64,000 nucleotides of DNA, from the IMG/VR virus record IMGVR_UViG_3300042914_001978. One strand, written 5' to 3'. Positions 41,101 to 50,094 of this stretch are shown here, piece after piece (positions within the stretch are counted from its first letter, which is position 1; each line of letters starts with the position of its first letter). The stretch is from an uncultured virus (IMG/VR IMGVR_UViG_3300042914_001978) (Duplodnaviria > Heunggongvirae > Uroviricota > Caudoviricetes). The notes beneath the pieces were generated by a model, which was given only the letters and a program-made list of their open reading frames with translations, made no database searches and was not told the origin of the DNA. The position numbers and the translations under genes are program-made.

Positions 41101-44100
41101 GACGGTAAAATTCGGGCGTGTCCGAAACCTTCTTGGCTCGCTTGCCTTCTTGAACCACCTTGGATTCACCAGTGTCGAAGAGATCGGCAAGGTCATTGAG
41201 GGTCTGAGATTTCTCAATCTCAATTAGTGCTGCGGGAGTTTCAAATTGATCCTCAGTTGTATCAACCTCTTCTTGGGCAATGGTCGGTTGCCCTTCAATG
41301 ATGGTTGCTATTTCGGCGCGGGCTTCTTCGGGGCGCTGTCTGCGTTGGCCGCGCCTTGCCCACTGGATGCCTTCGATTTCTCCAAGTGTCTGGGTGGGCT
41401 GAACACCCACTTCATATTTCTCTTGGGTGCCAAACTCGCGGAACACCACCTGACCGTCTTCTTCGGTCAACGAACCCCGCATCCCCTCATAAACGAAAGT
41501 ATCTTTATCTCGGATAGAATCGGCAATCGTCCTAACTGCGGGGGTAATGCGCTCTTCTTCTCCTCCACCAGCAGCCTCCACGGGAACCTCAAGTTTGCCG
41601 ACAAAGTTATCCACCAATTCTCTCACGGAGCGGATGGCTTCTTGCGGGTTTTCTTCAACCACTTGAACAAACTGGTTGTATCTTTCCTCACTCAAGAACC
41701 GCTTGAATTGCGTCTTGTCCAGTTCGGCCACCGTAAACTCATTTTTATTGATGAGGTTTTCTATGTAGGAGATGTCATTTTTGAAGTTCTCCACCGTGAC
41801 TTGGTTGAGTCCTTCAGTCGGGCGAATGGTCTCACTAACCACCACTCGCGCCATGTCTTGGAAGATCTGGGATCGGTCATCGGCGTCAATTCGTGCCAAG
41901 GCTTCCTGCACGGCTTGGTTCTCTTGGGCAATTTCCTGTTCGGGCAAACGCACCAGCGAGTCGGCAATTTCAACATCGATATTATCTTTAGCCGCTTCTA
42001 CAACGGTCTTCATGGCCTCGGCGGATTCGGGCGTAAGCCCCTCGGCATTGATGGCCGCTTGTTCCGCCGCATCGATAGCTGCTTGCTCGGCTCTTAATTG
42101 CTCGGCTCTTGCTGCGTTGTATTTATCAAGATCTTTGAGTTTGTTTTCCATGATCGTGTCCCGCCTTGCGCGGATTGTATCCACTGTAAACTTGGCACCA
42201 CCCAACGGCAGGAGACCCAAGGCCATGCCAGCAAGATCCTCTGCCCCCATAGTCGATTGGGCTTGGTGGGCACTGACGTAGTTGCGGAGATAGGCTTCCT
42301 TCCATTCTTCGGTAAACTTTTCCTGTCCAGTCTCTACGGCAATGTTTAGTCCGCCACTCAAGACCCTGCCAACAGTTGTCTTTCTTGCCGACTTCGGAAG
42401 ATTAATAAACATGGTTGGTTCGACAAGCTCTGTAACACTGGGCAACTGAGATGCATTGAAGGCACCAACCGCCTCTTTATAAAGTTGTTTCTTCTGATCG
42501 TCCGAAAGATCGTCAATCTTTTCGACATTCGCGGTTTCCAAAAAGTCTTGGACTGTGGTCTGGAACCAATCAAGTCCATAGATGTTGGCATTGGCCACCG
42601 CTCCAGCGCCACCAGCAAGCCAAGGTGCGGCTTGTTGTCCAAGCTGATTCAGGGTTGGGCTACGAGCGGCTGCACCCGCGACAAGAGAAAGTCCACGAAT
42701 AAGAAGCTCTCCACCTTTTTGAGTGGTAATTTGCGCTCCGACTTGACCCATAACTTGTCCAGCCATAGCGGCTGTTCCGCTTTGAAAAGGATCTTTCTTT
42801 TGCTGTTGTTGCTCAATTGTCTTATTGATGATTTGAAACGCCGCCTCCATGGCCCCATCTTCATTTCCTTCCGACAAAGCCTCGCGGAGTTGTTGTCCCT
42901 CAAGAGCCATTGAAACATACCCCTCTGTGCCTTGTTCAATGCCAGAAAAGTAATCCATCGTAATGGCCGCGACCCCCTTGCGTTCTTCTGCATACTTTTC
43001 AAACGCCTCCTCCTCAGTGGTTCCTTTAACTCTTTTTTGATAGTCGGGAAGGTTGCGGAAGAACTCTAGCTTGTTCTGGCGATCCGCCAAGGCTGTCGCG
43101 TCAATGGCTTCAATGGATGCCTTGCGCTCCACATCGTTGATATCTCCATCTTCAAAAAGCTCTGAAACAATTTCTTTCTGTCGCTCAAAATCCTCTTGAA
43201 CGTCTCGCGAAAAAATGGGCTGACCCTGAATAACGGCAACTTCTTTTTCGCCCTTTTGAACCGCGATAAATTCTTGTGCGTTCTGGCGGATCTCGTCTTG
43301 CTGATCCTTTGGAAAAGTGGAGATGAGTTTTTCTATCTCAGCTTCTGTGGTTACCTTGTTTTCAAGCTGTTTATCTTTGGCTCTCTGCCAAGCCTCTTGA
43401 GCTAATTGCGGGCCTTCTGGCCTGTCGGGAAGATCAAATGGAAGTGTGCCGAAAGCTTCTTGAACTTCTTTGGCATACTCATCAATGGCAAACTTATCGT
43501 TGACCTCAAGCTGCCGCAAAAGAGATGCCGTCTGTTTGGACAGATCAAATCTTTGAGTGTAGCTTTCCGCCGCACCCCTGATGAAGGCCGTCTCTTGGTC
43601 GTTGTATTTCTTGGTAATATTTTCTATAGCCAATTCGCGATCCTCGCTATCTGGAATAGCGCGAGCCTGCTCCATTTCCGATTGAAGCGCCGAATCAAAT
43701 TCATAGAGGCGATCCGCCACCGCATCCCCGAATACGGGATCAAGGCGGAGATTTTCAATCTGATCTACGCGAGCCTGTTGGCGCTCGGCATTAACCCTCT
43801 CAACTTCGGGGCGAAGAGTCTCTAGTTTTTTCTGTTCTGCATAAAGACCAAGCTCTGCTTCATGGCTTTTCTGCCACGCCGCCACCATCTCCTCTGTTTC
43901 TTCGGGAGTCCTGTCGGGCTTTTGATATAGGTCTCCATAACGTGAGTAGTTCTCTTCGCGGGACTTAGCCATTGTCTCTGCGATAGATGCGGCAGTATTG
44001 TAATCTTCTATGGGATCAACCGCGAATTCATCCAAAAAAGAAAGATCCTTTTCTGGCACTTCTTCTTCCTCTTCCTTAAATTGATCAAGAAAAGAAAGAT

Positions 44101-44158
44101 CTAGTTCTTCTTCTTCCTCTTCTCCAAATGCATCAAGGAATTTGGTGTCAATGGCCAT
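35192..44158 (-). CDS. giant (2988 aa) helical internal-virion/ejection-like protein with HExxH module
   Basis: acidic N-terminus, Ala/Glu-rich helices, IIHEVAH, hydrophobic C-terminal region; position in the structural operon. Confidence 0.7.
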   Translation of the reverse strand: MAIDTKFLDAFGEEEEEELDLSFLDQFKEEEEEVPEKDLSFLDEFAVDPIEDYNTAASIAETMAKSREENYSRYGDLYQKPDRTPEETEEMVAAWQKSHEAELGLYAEQKKLETLRPEVERVNAERQQARVDQIENLRLDPVFGDAVADRLYEFDSALQSEMEQARAIPDSEDRELAIENITKKYNDQETAFIRGAAESYTQRFDLSKQTASLLRQLEVNDKFAIDEYAKEVQEAFGTLPFDLPDRPEGPQLAQEAWQRAKDKQLENKVTTEAEIEKLISTFPKDQQDEIRQNAQEFIAVQKGEKEVAVIQGQPIFSRDVQEDFERQKEIVSELFEDGDINDVERKASIEAIDATALADRQNKLEFFRNLPDYQKRVKGTTEEEAFEKYAEERKGVAAITMDYFSGIEQGTEGYVSMALEGQQLREALSEGNEDGAMEAAFQIINKTIEQQQQKKDPFQSGTAAMAGQVMGQVGAQITTQKGGELLIRGLSLVAGAAARSPTLNQLGQQAAPWLAGGAGAVANANIYGLDWFQTTVQDFLETANVEKIDDLSDDQKKQLYKEAVGAFNASQLPSVTELVEPTMFINLPKSARKTTVGRVLSGGLNIAVETGQEKFTEEWKEAYLRNYVSAHQAQSTMGAEDLAGMALGLLPLGGAKFTVDTIRARRDTIMENKLKDLDKYNAARAEQLRAEQAAIDAAEQAAINAEGLTPESAEAMKTVVEAAKDNIDVEIADSLVRLPEQEIAQENQAVQEALARIDADDRSQIFQDMARVVVSETIRPTEGLNQVTVENFKNDISYIENLINKNEFTVAELDKTQFKRFLSEERYNQFVQVVEENPQEAIRSVRELVDNFVGKLEVPVEAAGGGEEERITPAVRTIADSIRDKDTFVYEGMRGSLTEEDGQVVFREFGTQEKYEVGVQPTQTLGEIEGIQWARRGQRRQRPEEARAEIATIIEGQPTIAQEEVDTTEDQFETPAALIEIEKSQTLNDLADLFDTGESKVVQEGKRAKKVSDTPEFYRQVQPEQISQANRLIDSALRIIDALPISEDQRAAMAEPFLLLDQDISNYESNPEYQRYKSSIRTEVRPAVEAGAIPETVGEVEAGVRELEQRATAEATRLEQEAQARRVAAGQAAFIAEPQVESIGRVARAEATPAEFESLVEQGFAEEYKGQQVITQAGIDALPQDQRPRLTPEARKIQIDTGASVAAAEAISKGLRIGVDQVPPNVRMPEGWALVGDVYVPPALTTPEEVARIAKEYDIDEKTATSIFNNEVFEVPIDMLKKEQPAPAGFFFEGYDGKTYGIPVSVIKKRLAAQAELSKLSILERAALSGILTEQRLLNSNDAKRYIQEASSRGFTADEIAAATPAAETKWNERFPDNGNAREVAGDVSPPIVDFAAEEAASASQTIASESVPSSKLFELTAREALRYIAGLNLGAQLKTAEGRSLTEAQILRRAASVLAKLPLRLLDADFIKKARGGDRAYRANEGFIRVPATSGGQEFLVSIRTIIHEVAHSLTADAMRKYVADRSKHVRGKDYMNALDKALASPDTPDQIKRIINLYKQTLDELGLTNEYFRDGGLADLDPTYSMNKAVARKIPLINKFTGKNFTSNEFYALANLDEFIAQTWSSTEFQDLLKNIKVKNQPSIYERFVRLVRDIFGFESDTMAAAVIDATNSLAELEAPARGATVQERIDANLRAGMDVTTPAMPPTIQPPEPPVTGVPPMAPPDPETNEEVSNETTEEAVTQRSEAKKAQELVTGHSILPDEVPAELREEAQASYQNGMTLGDFLNPQFFNLGEAYNPYIAATWLELNGGLMPTVKVEGKEIAKPEKGTSEAEALRLLKRASDILDSRSETAVGKELTYSLQDIMATWMESGLGAAALKNAIVQFTNLDVAQADKTANDFANVYQLAQNATDSKERARVRMDRALPAVTARQQREKERMIKLEEATGSIDSIAEAIRIAYDIGVKKPKTDKATEKKQIEEQLRQAKQILREVVPKQYLGDQLLTLERATGLEGLKKVVEAAQNGLNQARLDEAVTGAKKSLDRAQKAVKANEIGQEAMAVLRDFVETYSKKGIGPETRAKIEDAISRYEADPVGALQDLAIEKYLKQKGALGAIKIDKSLGLDALKEISRIINTTLHADKVARGEMLFNKQETRQEIITGISEEIDKVKSIAKARKDGGQGIGLFNKVAIYKGARVENILRAFGLNKLSEFVYDRLTLDAYQDELRVRRDLKKKIESRVKEITGLEIGTKDYDLYSKEVIELTGVDSAGRTKPIKVRRYELLDILASMRDPSNLKRAVNSGGYVIDRLDLAEVDTVKITPETYIEILNKATDQDNQMVDMMVELYNNDLFQILENASVQAYGHGIKAVSGTYYPRTADKWTRATEVKKDLDYIAYYQRRVDDVGYLKERDERSKSKLRAVDFLERLDYHVTNDARIGAYLPIVRDIEMVLGDPAIARPLASKIGEDGLTMIREMVRQQTTPPAGIPAGLLSTLVGNAGVGVLGFKLHAAMQNPVGIPIAVAYYGKDGFKYLAQAFPAGLKATKKSDRIEMANVLSKYAPYYNERYGDGGFIQEFTSGLSNAPSNRKWRKNLETAAMSWLEGTDRWGALVRYKLAQQVVQDRTTLEKGTEEFNEAVAREWTKMMFRSENTAHGADRTGVFQFAGRNPVFKVFIMFQSAVSKQYSLFAEAMLKAQQGGRENLRDAAYQLTFLSISLAASRAISNAFYSLLFPPDEDEEKTWGQLLGKVAGTPLSIVPVVGSTLQNLTETLFSPQNMRKPMQIDLISSFVFGVYDTMLLAKRALDEVSEDKIDEVTGDPKFWDTTYRTIKKAAGIAGIAYGTPLAGVIQTGELGFKLKERVADVLNDEPKTEDFQKKIKEYEKEQRTEPVTQEYAKIFFAVTDDNQREFNRALKDLKAKRPDLSRKDVINAIRRRPEFRVVGMVRSGKMKQKDLEANGISRDYYLTQKALLRATEEAAKTMYRDSKD

Positions 44159-44169
44159 TGCCAGATAGA

Positions 44170-45267
44170 TTAATACGATTCACCAATGCTTTTCAAGAGC
44201 CGAATAGCCTGCTTGTTTTTTGGATGCTTGATGTCTCTGGCGATATCTTTGGCTGCTGTAATCTGTTCTGGTGTATATTGCGGTGCTTTATCTTCTTCCT
44301 TTTTCGGCTTTGGCTTGGCACCACTCAGGCGATCAACCCTTGATTCAGACTCTTTCACATCCGCGAGTGCCCGACGATATGTTTCGCTTTCTTCAACAGG
44401 ATCACCACCTTCATCCAGAAAAGCACCAAGTCTGGCTTTAGAATCGGCCAATTGGTCTTGCGCTTTTTGTAGCTCAGTTCTGGTGTCTTCAGGCTCTTTC
44501 CTTGTTTCGGCTGCTACCGCACGTTCGCCAATCAATGTATCAGTGGCTCTACGAAGCCCGCCGATATCATAAGTTTCCCCGCCTTGCTGATTTAGTGTTT
44601 TAAACTTAGCAATGTCGGCTTCTGAAAGTCCTTCCCGTCTTGCCGCGCTCACGGTATCTTCAACAATTTTATTCTGTTGCGCTTCAACAGAGGCAGTATT
44701 TGCTCTAGAATTTTTATCTTTATAAAAATAAATCTTTCCAATAGTCTCATCTTCCCAAGCTCTTGGAGCAATCTTATTAATTTCATCAGAAGCGGCAGCA
44801 ATCCCCTCTGGTGTGTCTGGATATTTTCCAAAAATTTCTCTCGCTGTTACGGCTTGCTCTTTGATGATTTTTTGATTTTGAAGATCAGCAGCTAGTTCAG
44901 TCCGCTTTAGTTCTAAGGTAAGTGACTTTGTTTGATAGTCCAAATCACTAATCAACATATTTTTATTAAATTCCTCAACTTGCCTTGCTTCTTGCTGCTG
45001 TTGAATGATGGCAGCTTGTTCCGCATCCCATGCTATCCTTTGTCTAATGGCCCTACGAGAAGATCCTTGCGGGCGACCACCGTATTCTTCGGGCAAGTCC
45101 GCCACTGTGGCTCGCCCAGACTCAATCTCCCGCCCCACACGCAAGGCCCGAAATGCATCCTTCTCTTCTTGGCTTGCCAAATCAGATGGCCCCCACCCCC
45201 ACCTAGAACGTGGACTGGTTTCTACTCTGGCGAGCATTTGCGCTCTATTGCGGTCTCCTATGGCCAT
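44170..45267 (-). CDS. putative internal virion protein
   Basis: 365 aa coiled-coil directly upstream of the giant gene. Confidence 0.55.
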   Translation of the reverse strand: MAIGDRNRAQMLARVETSPRSRWGWGPSDLASQEEKDAFRALRVGREIESGRATVADLPEEYGGRPQGSSRRAIRQRIAWDAEQAAIIQQQQEARQVEEFNKNMLISDLDYQTKSLTLELKRTELAADLQNQKIIKEQAVTAREIFGKYPDTPEGIAAASDEINKIAPRAWEDETIGKIYFYKDKNSRANTASVEAQQNKIVEDTVSAARREGLSEADIAKFKTLNQQGGETYDIGGLRRATDTLIGERAVAAETRKEPEDTRTELQKAQDQLADSKARLGAFLDEGGDPVEESETYRRALADVKESESRVDRLSGAKPKPKKEEDKAPQYTPEQITAAKDIARDIKHPKNKQAIRLLKSIGESY

Positions 45268-45268
45268 A

Positions 45269-46051
45269 TTAGTAGTTTGCGTAAGGGAATGTTAGATATC
45301 CGCCAAATCCAGTAAGCGAAGAATAGTCTGGCATTTCTGGAAATGGAGGAGGTGTTGCGATTGATATCGGGCTTGGCCGCATCCCAACTGCTCCGCCAAA
45401 CGGAGTAAATGCCATCGGTGAACCAGTATATCCCATTACATCTTCTTCTTCCATTTCTTTTCTTGTTTTCGCTTTAGCAATCTTTTCGGGATTTGATCCG
45501 TATTCTGGATTGCGCGGACCCTTTCTTTCTGGAATGCCAGTTCCTCCTTGGCCCCACACTGGAGAGTTTTCATAGTTCCGTCCAGCAATCGGGCGATCTC
45601 CAGTGTAATTGCTCCATCCACGTTGGTCTGTGTTAGTTGCTGGTCCGAATCCTCCATATTTACCCATACCCATCAATGTTCCCATGGGGCGACCAGTAAC
45701 AGTGGAATAAAATTTATTTGGATCTTCATAGCGCCCAACGCGCTCGCCGCCGCCTCTTCCTCGTCTAAAAAGTTCTGGAGCTTCTACATATGGACGCCCT
45801 CCAGCCTCACGCATGCCGCGCAATTCTTGTGCTGCGCCTCTGCCAGCGGGTGTGACATTAACCTTTCCGCGAAGTTCTGGTTTAAGTTCTGCAACAGGCG
45901 CGGTTCTTCCGCCAAGTCTTTCCATGTATGAAGGCGGTCTCCAATTCCAAATATCACCACCTATGGTGCCGCCACCAAAAGAATAGGCATATTGCTGTCT
46001 AGCCAGATTGGCTAACAGTTGCGCGGAAATATCCTGATTTTCTTGTTCCAT
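45269..46051 (-). CDS. Gly/Pro-rich hypothetical protein
   Basis: 260 aa abutting both neighbours. Confidence 0.55.
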   Translation of the reverse strand: MEQENQDISAQLLANLARQQYAYSFGGGTIGGDIWNWRPPSYMERLGGRTAPVAELKPELRGKVNVTPAGRGAAQELRGMREAGGRPYVEAPELFRRGRGGGERVGRYEDPNKFYSTVTGRPMGTLMGMGKYGGFGPATNTDQRGWSNYTGDRPIAGRNYENSPVWGQGGTGIPERKGPRNPEYGSNPEKIAKAKTRKEMEEEDVMGYTGSPMAFTPFGGAVGMRPSPISIATPPPFPEMPDYSSLTGFGGYLTFPYANY

Positions 46052-46813
46052 TTATCGTCTCGGAAAACTCGGTGTTTGATAGGATTGCATCCAAGACGGC
46101 ATGCGTGGTGTGGAAGGTCCGACAGCAGGATACATTGTTGATCTTGTTGGTGAGGCTTGCGGTGAAACTTGCGGAGGCCTAACTCCAAGCATTCCCGCCA
46201 TTCTTGACATAAGGCCACCACGAATTGCTTCCATCTGTGGAAGATATCTTGCTTCAGATTCTGCGCGGGCGCGCTGTGCCACAATATTAGCCCTTTCAAG
46301 ATTTTCTCTTTCTAAGCCAAGAGAGTAGGCTCTGAGACCAGCTTCATTTACATCTCCAATCGCCGCCAATCCAACTCTTGCTTGCGCCTCGCCTAATCCG
46401 CGCTCGGCAGCGCGAAGTCCAGCACCTTGTCTAAACTCGCCAAATTCATATTGACCGCGCTCCAACCCAAGCTCTCCCATGCCAGCAGATGCAGCAGCAG
46501 AGCGAACTTGAAACGGTGCCATCTGTTGTTCTTGTCCAAAACGGAATCTTCCAGACTCAAGTCCAAGTTTAGCTTGTTCAATTTGCAATGGAGAAAGCTG
46601 CCTTTCTTGACCAAGCCTAAATCTTCCAGCCTCAAGACCCAGTTGTTGTTCTTGAACACCAAGTGCAGCTTGTTGTCTCCTGAACGGCGACATAGCCCGC
46701 TGTTCTTCTAAATTAAATCTTCCAGTCTGCAAGGCAAGAGAGCGAGATGGATCTGACGATGCGGAAAACATCCCTGAAGCACCACCACCCATTCCTAAAG
46801 AATTATATATCAT
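46052..46813 (-). CDS. Gln/Gly-rich repeat protein, pilot/ejection-like
   Basis: LGLEAGRFRLGQE / LGLESGRFRFGQE / LGLERGQYEFGE repeats. Confidence 0.55.
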   Translation of the reverse strand: MIYNSLGMGGGASGMFSASSDPSRSLALQTGRFNLEEQRAMSPFRRQQAALGVQEQQLGLEAGRFRLGQERQLSPLQIEQAKLGLESGRFRFGQEQQMAPFQVRSAAASAGMGELGLERGQYEFGEFRQGAGLRAAERGLGEAQARVGLAAIGDVNEAGLRAYSLGLERENLERANIVAQRARAESEARYLPQMEAIRGGLMSRMAGMLGVRPPQVSPQASPTRSTMYPAVGPSTPRMPSWMQSYQTPSFPRR

Positions 46814-46817
46814 AGCA

Positions 46818-47792
46818 TTAAGTCATGTTTACTAGTCTACGAGTCAACCAAGGAGCGATTTGCATAACCCCTTCTTGCCCTGCGTTATACTCTTTTAATT
46901 CGGAGTTGAGAAGAAGAATTGCTCTGTCCATATAATATTGTCCACGCTCGACATCGGCTTTTTCTTCGGCATTCAGGGCCATGAGACCCAGCTTAATAGC
47001 TTCCAGAGAATCAGGATAAAGCGGATCATTGTCGCTAATAGCCCAACAATGCTTGCGCTTGAAGATGCCTTGGACGCTGTCCCAATTGCGATCTACCAGA
47101 TAGCGGCGGTAGCTTATAACCCGCTCGCCTGCCTCATACTTCGCCAAGGTTGTGGCCCCAGCCGATAGGGATACAACGCCCGTGGTAGGGGTTTTCTCGA
47201 CAGAATAGATCTCCGCAAATGTCTGGGTTGTGGTTTGGGTTCCATCTCCAAGGTCAAGACGAATTCCCTCCACTCGTTCTCCATCCACTGTAGAATAAAT
47301 TTTATTCCCATTTGAGTCCTTTCCGCGAATCCAGATGTAGCTTCCAGCACACTCCGTTTCGCTGCTAGATAGGGTAAGTTGGGACGGCGTCTCAATGTCC
47401 CGAAAAGTTACAAACCCCTCGCCCATATCCTGAATCGGGCCATAGTATTTCTCATCCGCCTTACGGATGCCGCGCCCTTGAGGAAGATACTGATACCACT
47501 CGCTTTGCACGGAAATGGTTTTATAACCCGCCTTACCAGCCCGAATACAGGTCTCCAGATGACGAGGGAGGGTAATGAACTTATTGTCGTTGGCGTCCTC
47601 GTAGGCCGTGATCATGGCCTGAACCAAGGTGCCGACCCATTTCCCTTCCGAATGCACCCGCTCACAGAAGCGGTTGATGTTGTTGCGGAGTTCGGCCTCT
47701 GCATCAAAACCCGCCAGATCGGGAGGATCGGCAACTGGTTTTACTGATGTGGGGATTCTCTCGCAAGCGAGACCTAGACTTAATGAGGACAT
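46818..47792 (-). CDS. putative head-tail adaptor/tail tubular protein
   Basis: 324 aa; INRFCER, ITLPRHLE, helical C-terminus; first gene of the operon. Confidence 0.5.
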   Translation of the reverse strand: MSSLSLGLACERIPTSVKPVADPPDLAGFDAEAELRNNINRFCERVHSEGKWVGTLVQAMITAYEDANDNKFITLPRHLETCIRAGKAGYKTISVQSEWYQYLPQGRGIRKADEKYYGPIQDMGEGFVTFRDIETPSQLTLSSSETECAGSYIWIRGKDSNGNKIYSTVDGERVEGIRLDLGDGTQTTTQTFAEIYSVEKTPTTGVVSLSAGATTLAKYEAGERVISYRRYLVDRNWDSVQGIFKRKHCWAISDNDPLYPDSLEAIKLGLMALNAEEKADVERGQYYMDRAILLLNSELKEYNAGQEGVMQIAPWLTRRLVNMT

Positions 47793-47802
47793 TTTGCCCG
47801 CG

Positions 47803-47831
47803 AAGTTACCACGCCCTCTCTAGAAGGTCAA
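47803..47831 (-). promoter_or_regulatory. sigma70-like promoter with extended -10
   Basis: TTGACC-17 nt-TAACTT, 10 nt before ATG 47792. Confidence 0.6.
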
Positions 47832-47838
47832 TAGCAGA

Positions 47839-48636
47839 TTATTGCTTGAAAAGTAAATCCGCCGAAGCCCCGCTCCCCACCCATGGCAAAAACTGTTTAA
47901 GATCTTTTACGGGCCACTCCGTATTATTCTGTAATCTTTCCCAATCCTCACAAGCATTCTCGTATCCGCCTTTGTATATACGTTGCTTCTGGGCTACTTG
48001 TTGCGGGGTCACCCATGCCATGTGCAGGATCTTGCCGACAGCCATTAAGGTCTTGCTGCGATCCAGTAGTTGTCCGCGATTGCCATTGAATACGGGTGGT
48101 TCATGGCGTTCCATCCAAAGTCCAACATTATAGCGCCAAGCCCGAACCCACTCATTCTTCCTATTGCCATAACCATCTATAGACGAGGACTTTACATTAG
48201 GCCCAAGCATATAATCCATTTCAAACTGAGCGGTATTTGCTTCGGGGTTTGCGGCGAATAGCTCGACCAATCTCCGCATTTGTTCCTCAGTCCACAATTC
48301 ATCACTATCCATTTGGAGTAAGACGCCGTCTTTCTTGAATGCCGTCAACGCCGCATTGATCATCTCCGTCTTTCCACCCCATTCCGATTTGCTATTAACT
48401 GTGATTCGGGGATGGGTGGCCAAGACTTGCAGGAATTGATGGGTGCCATCATGGGAAACCTTCCCAGTCTGGTTACCCATCCAAGCCGTATCCTTCTGGG
48501 GCATCGCCGCTCCCTCAACAATTGACCAGTGCCAATCCGTGTCCTTTAATCGGCACAGTTCAGCAAATTGCGCCCCGATCCACGGAGAACCATCAAGAAC
48601 AATAGTAAAGATATTGAGGGTCACAGCCCGTTCCAA
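47839..48636 (-). CDS. GT-A fold glycosyltransferase
   Basis: IFTIVLDG, IVEG, SHDGT, LLQMDSDELW (DxD). Confidence 0.75.
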   Translation of the reverse strand: MERAVTLNIFTIVLDGSPWIGAQFAELCRLKDTDWHWSIVEGAAMPQKDTAWMGNQTGKVSHDGTHQFLQVLATHPRITVNSKSEWGGKTEMINAALTAFKKDGVLLQMDSDELWTEEQMRRLVELFAANPEANTAQFEMDYMLGPNVKSSSIDGYGNRKNEWVRAWRYNVGLWMERHEPPVFNGNRGQLLDRSKTLMAVGKILHMAWVTPQQVAQKQRIYKGGYENACEDWERLQNNTEWPVKDLKQFLPWVGSGASADLLFKQ

Positions 48637-48845
48637 AGATCTCCCTGACCAAGCTCGTCTAGATATTCTCCAAAGGTCACCATCTTCTGTTCGTTGTAAA
48701 CGTAGTCAAACAGGTGGTCTTTAAGCTCTCCCTCACCTAACTCAAGCTCAAAGCACAATGACTCAAAGTAAGAGTCCTGAACCCTTGAGAGTTCATTAAC
48801 AAAGTCTTTGACCTTGAAGATGCTATCGTCTGGGTGTGGTTTCAT
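48621..48845 (-). CDS. hypothetical acidic protein
   Basis: 74 aa, ATGA-coupled. Confidence 0.55.
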   Translation of the reverse strand: MKPHPDDSIFKVKDFVNELSRVQDSYFESLCFELELGEGELKDHLFDYVYNEQKMVTFGEYLDELGQGDLWNGL

Positions 48846-48979
48846 TTTTCTTTGAATCCGCCCTTTTTCGACTTCATCTTCTTATAGACCTTGGGGTCGA
48901 TAGTGGATTTGGATTTCGGGCGGCTAGTGCCAGACTTTTTCCTTGCGTTGATATTGTCGTATAGTCCTCGTTTTTTCAT
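48842..48979 (-). CDS. small basic phage protein, 45 aa, not in ORF track
   Basis: MKKRGLYDNINARKKSGTSRPKSKSTI.. Confidence 0.65.
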   Translation of the reverse strand: MKKRGLYDNINARKKSGTSRPKSKSTIDPKVYKKMKSKKGGFKEK

Positions 48980-48984
48980 AGTAG

Positions 48985-49218
48985 TTATTTCTTTTTGACT
49001 GATTTAGATCCTTGGCATCCCCACTTCTTGCGGGAAAGGCTGTTGGGAGAATTGCGGTCTTTGCGCCAATCTCCTTTGATTTTGTTGCTACGGGCACAGT
49101 AGGCATCGGCGCGGGGGCTACCAATGGGGCCAATCTTGCTGCCCTTCTCTCCGTATTTTACGGTCTTCTTACGCCCTGTATCGGGGTTGGTCACTGTTTT
49201 GCTAAATTTCTTTTTCAT
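48985..49218 (-). CDS. small basic phage protein (YCARS family)
   Basis: RADAYCARS..SRKKWGC. Confidence 0.7.
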   Translation of the reverse strand: MKKKFSKTVTNPDTGRKKTVKYGEKGSKIGPIGSPRADAYCARSNKIKGDWRKDRNSPNSLSRKKWGCQGSKSVKKK

Positions 49219-49221
49219 AGT

Positions 49222-50094
49222 TTAGTTGGTTTTTAGGTTTCTTCCAAAATTGCACCATTGCCTGACTTGGCAATAGCTAAGACATCTTGTTTCCTCACCC
49301 TCCCGTTTCTCAACATGACCGTTGATTCTTTTTGAGTGTAACAAAGCTTCAGCCTCAGATCCGTAAACGCCACCATTAACGGCACGTTTCGCTCCTTTTT
49401 CTTTGAGGACGGCCCACGTTGTGGGTTTGCTCCAACGCTCTTCCTCGGTGCAGACGGGAATGTCATCCTCTTTTTCTACCAGCTTTGCAGCATTGTGCAA
49501 GGCGATACGGGAACGAATGTAAGCCATTGTTTCGGCCTCATGCCAAATTTGAAGCGGGATTTCTTGGATGGCGCACTTGGGATAGTCGGATTTGAATTCG
49601 GCATCCTTGCGCTTCCAATCTTTACAGACAAGTAGAATGGCCAGTTTCTTGGGGTGGATTCCGTTGTGTTCGCACAGGAGTTTGTTGACGTTGGCTTGCT
49701 TTGTCCACTCAAGCTTGTCATCACTCATGGCTTTGTAGACGCTGCTGACCTTGTAATCCCACAGGGTTTCAGTCTCGCGGTCATAGAGGTCGATCTGTCC
49801 ACCCAGCTTGACCCCGTCCACATCGATATAGTATCTCTGTTCGCAGATGTATCTTTCGGGATTTCGCTTGGCAATCTGCTCCAGAACGTAGTGGTTGGCC
49901 GTTCCCAGCATTGTCCACACTTTTTCGGAACAATCCATGGTGATCTCGTCGCCATGGCGTCTCCACAATTCAGAAATCTTGGGAGGCTGGGCCAATCCAG
50001 TAGTAGTGATGTCGGACTCGCCTTTGCTGTATGTGTCCTCGCTGACAAGGTCTACGAAGGGTTGTGGAAGATTGTAGATATTCGATATGGTCAT
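49222..50094 (-). CDS. Cas4-like PD-(D/E)XK exonuclease
   Basis: GTANH, EQR, GQIDL, WDYK, Q.NV, terminal RC..YC....C. Confidence 0.85.
   Translation of the reverse strand: MTISNIYNLPQPFVDLVSEDTYSKGESDITTTGLAQPPKISELWRRHGDEITMDCSEKVWTMLGTANHYVLEQIAKRNPERYICEQRYYIDVDGVKLGGQIDLYDRETETLWDYKVSSVYKAMSDDKLEWTKQANVNKLLCEHNGIHPKKLAILLVCKDWKRKDAEFKSDYPKCAIQEIPLQIWHEAETMAYIRSRIALHNAAKLVEKEDDIPVCTEEERWSKPTTWAVLKEKGAKRAVNGGVYGSEAEALLHSKRINGHVEKREGEETRCLSYCQVRQWCNFGRNLKTN

Noticed and set aside
41246..43825. Long plus-strand ORFs opposite the giant gene
   Set aside because: Shadow frames with no motifs or start signals
35192..44158. Giant protein as virion RNA polymerase or tape measure
   Set aside because: No polymerase catalytic motif or tape-measure periodicity recognised
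49222..50094. Cas4-like nuclease as part of a CRISPR system
   Set aside because: No repeat-spacer array or other cas genes seen; stand-alone phage exonucleases of this type are common
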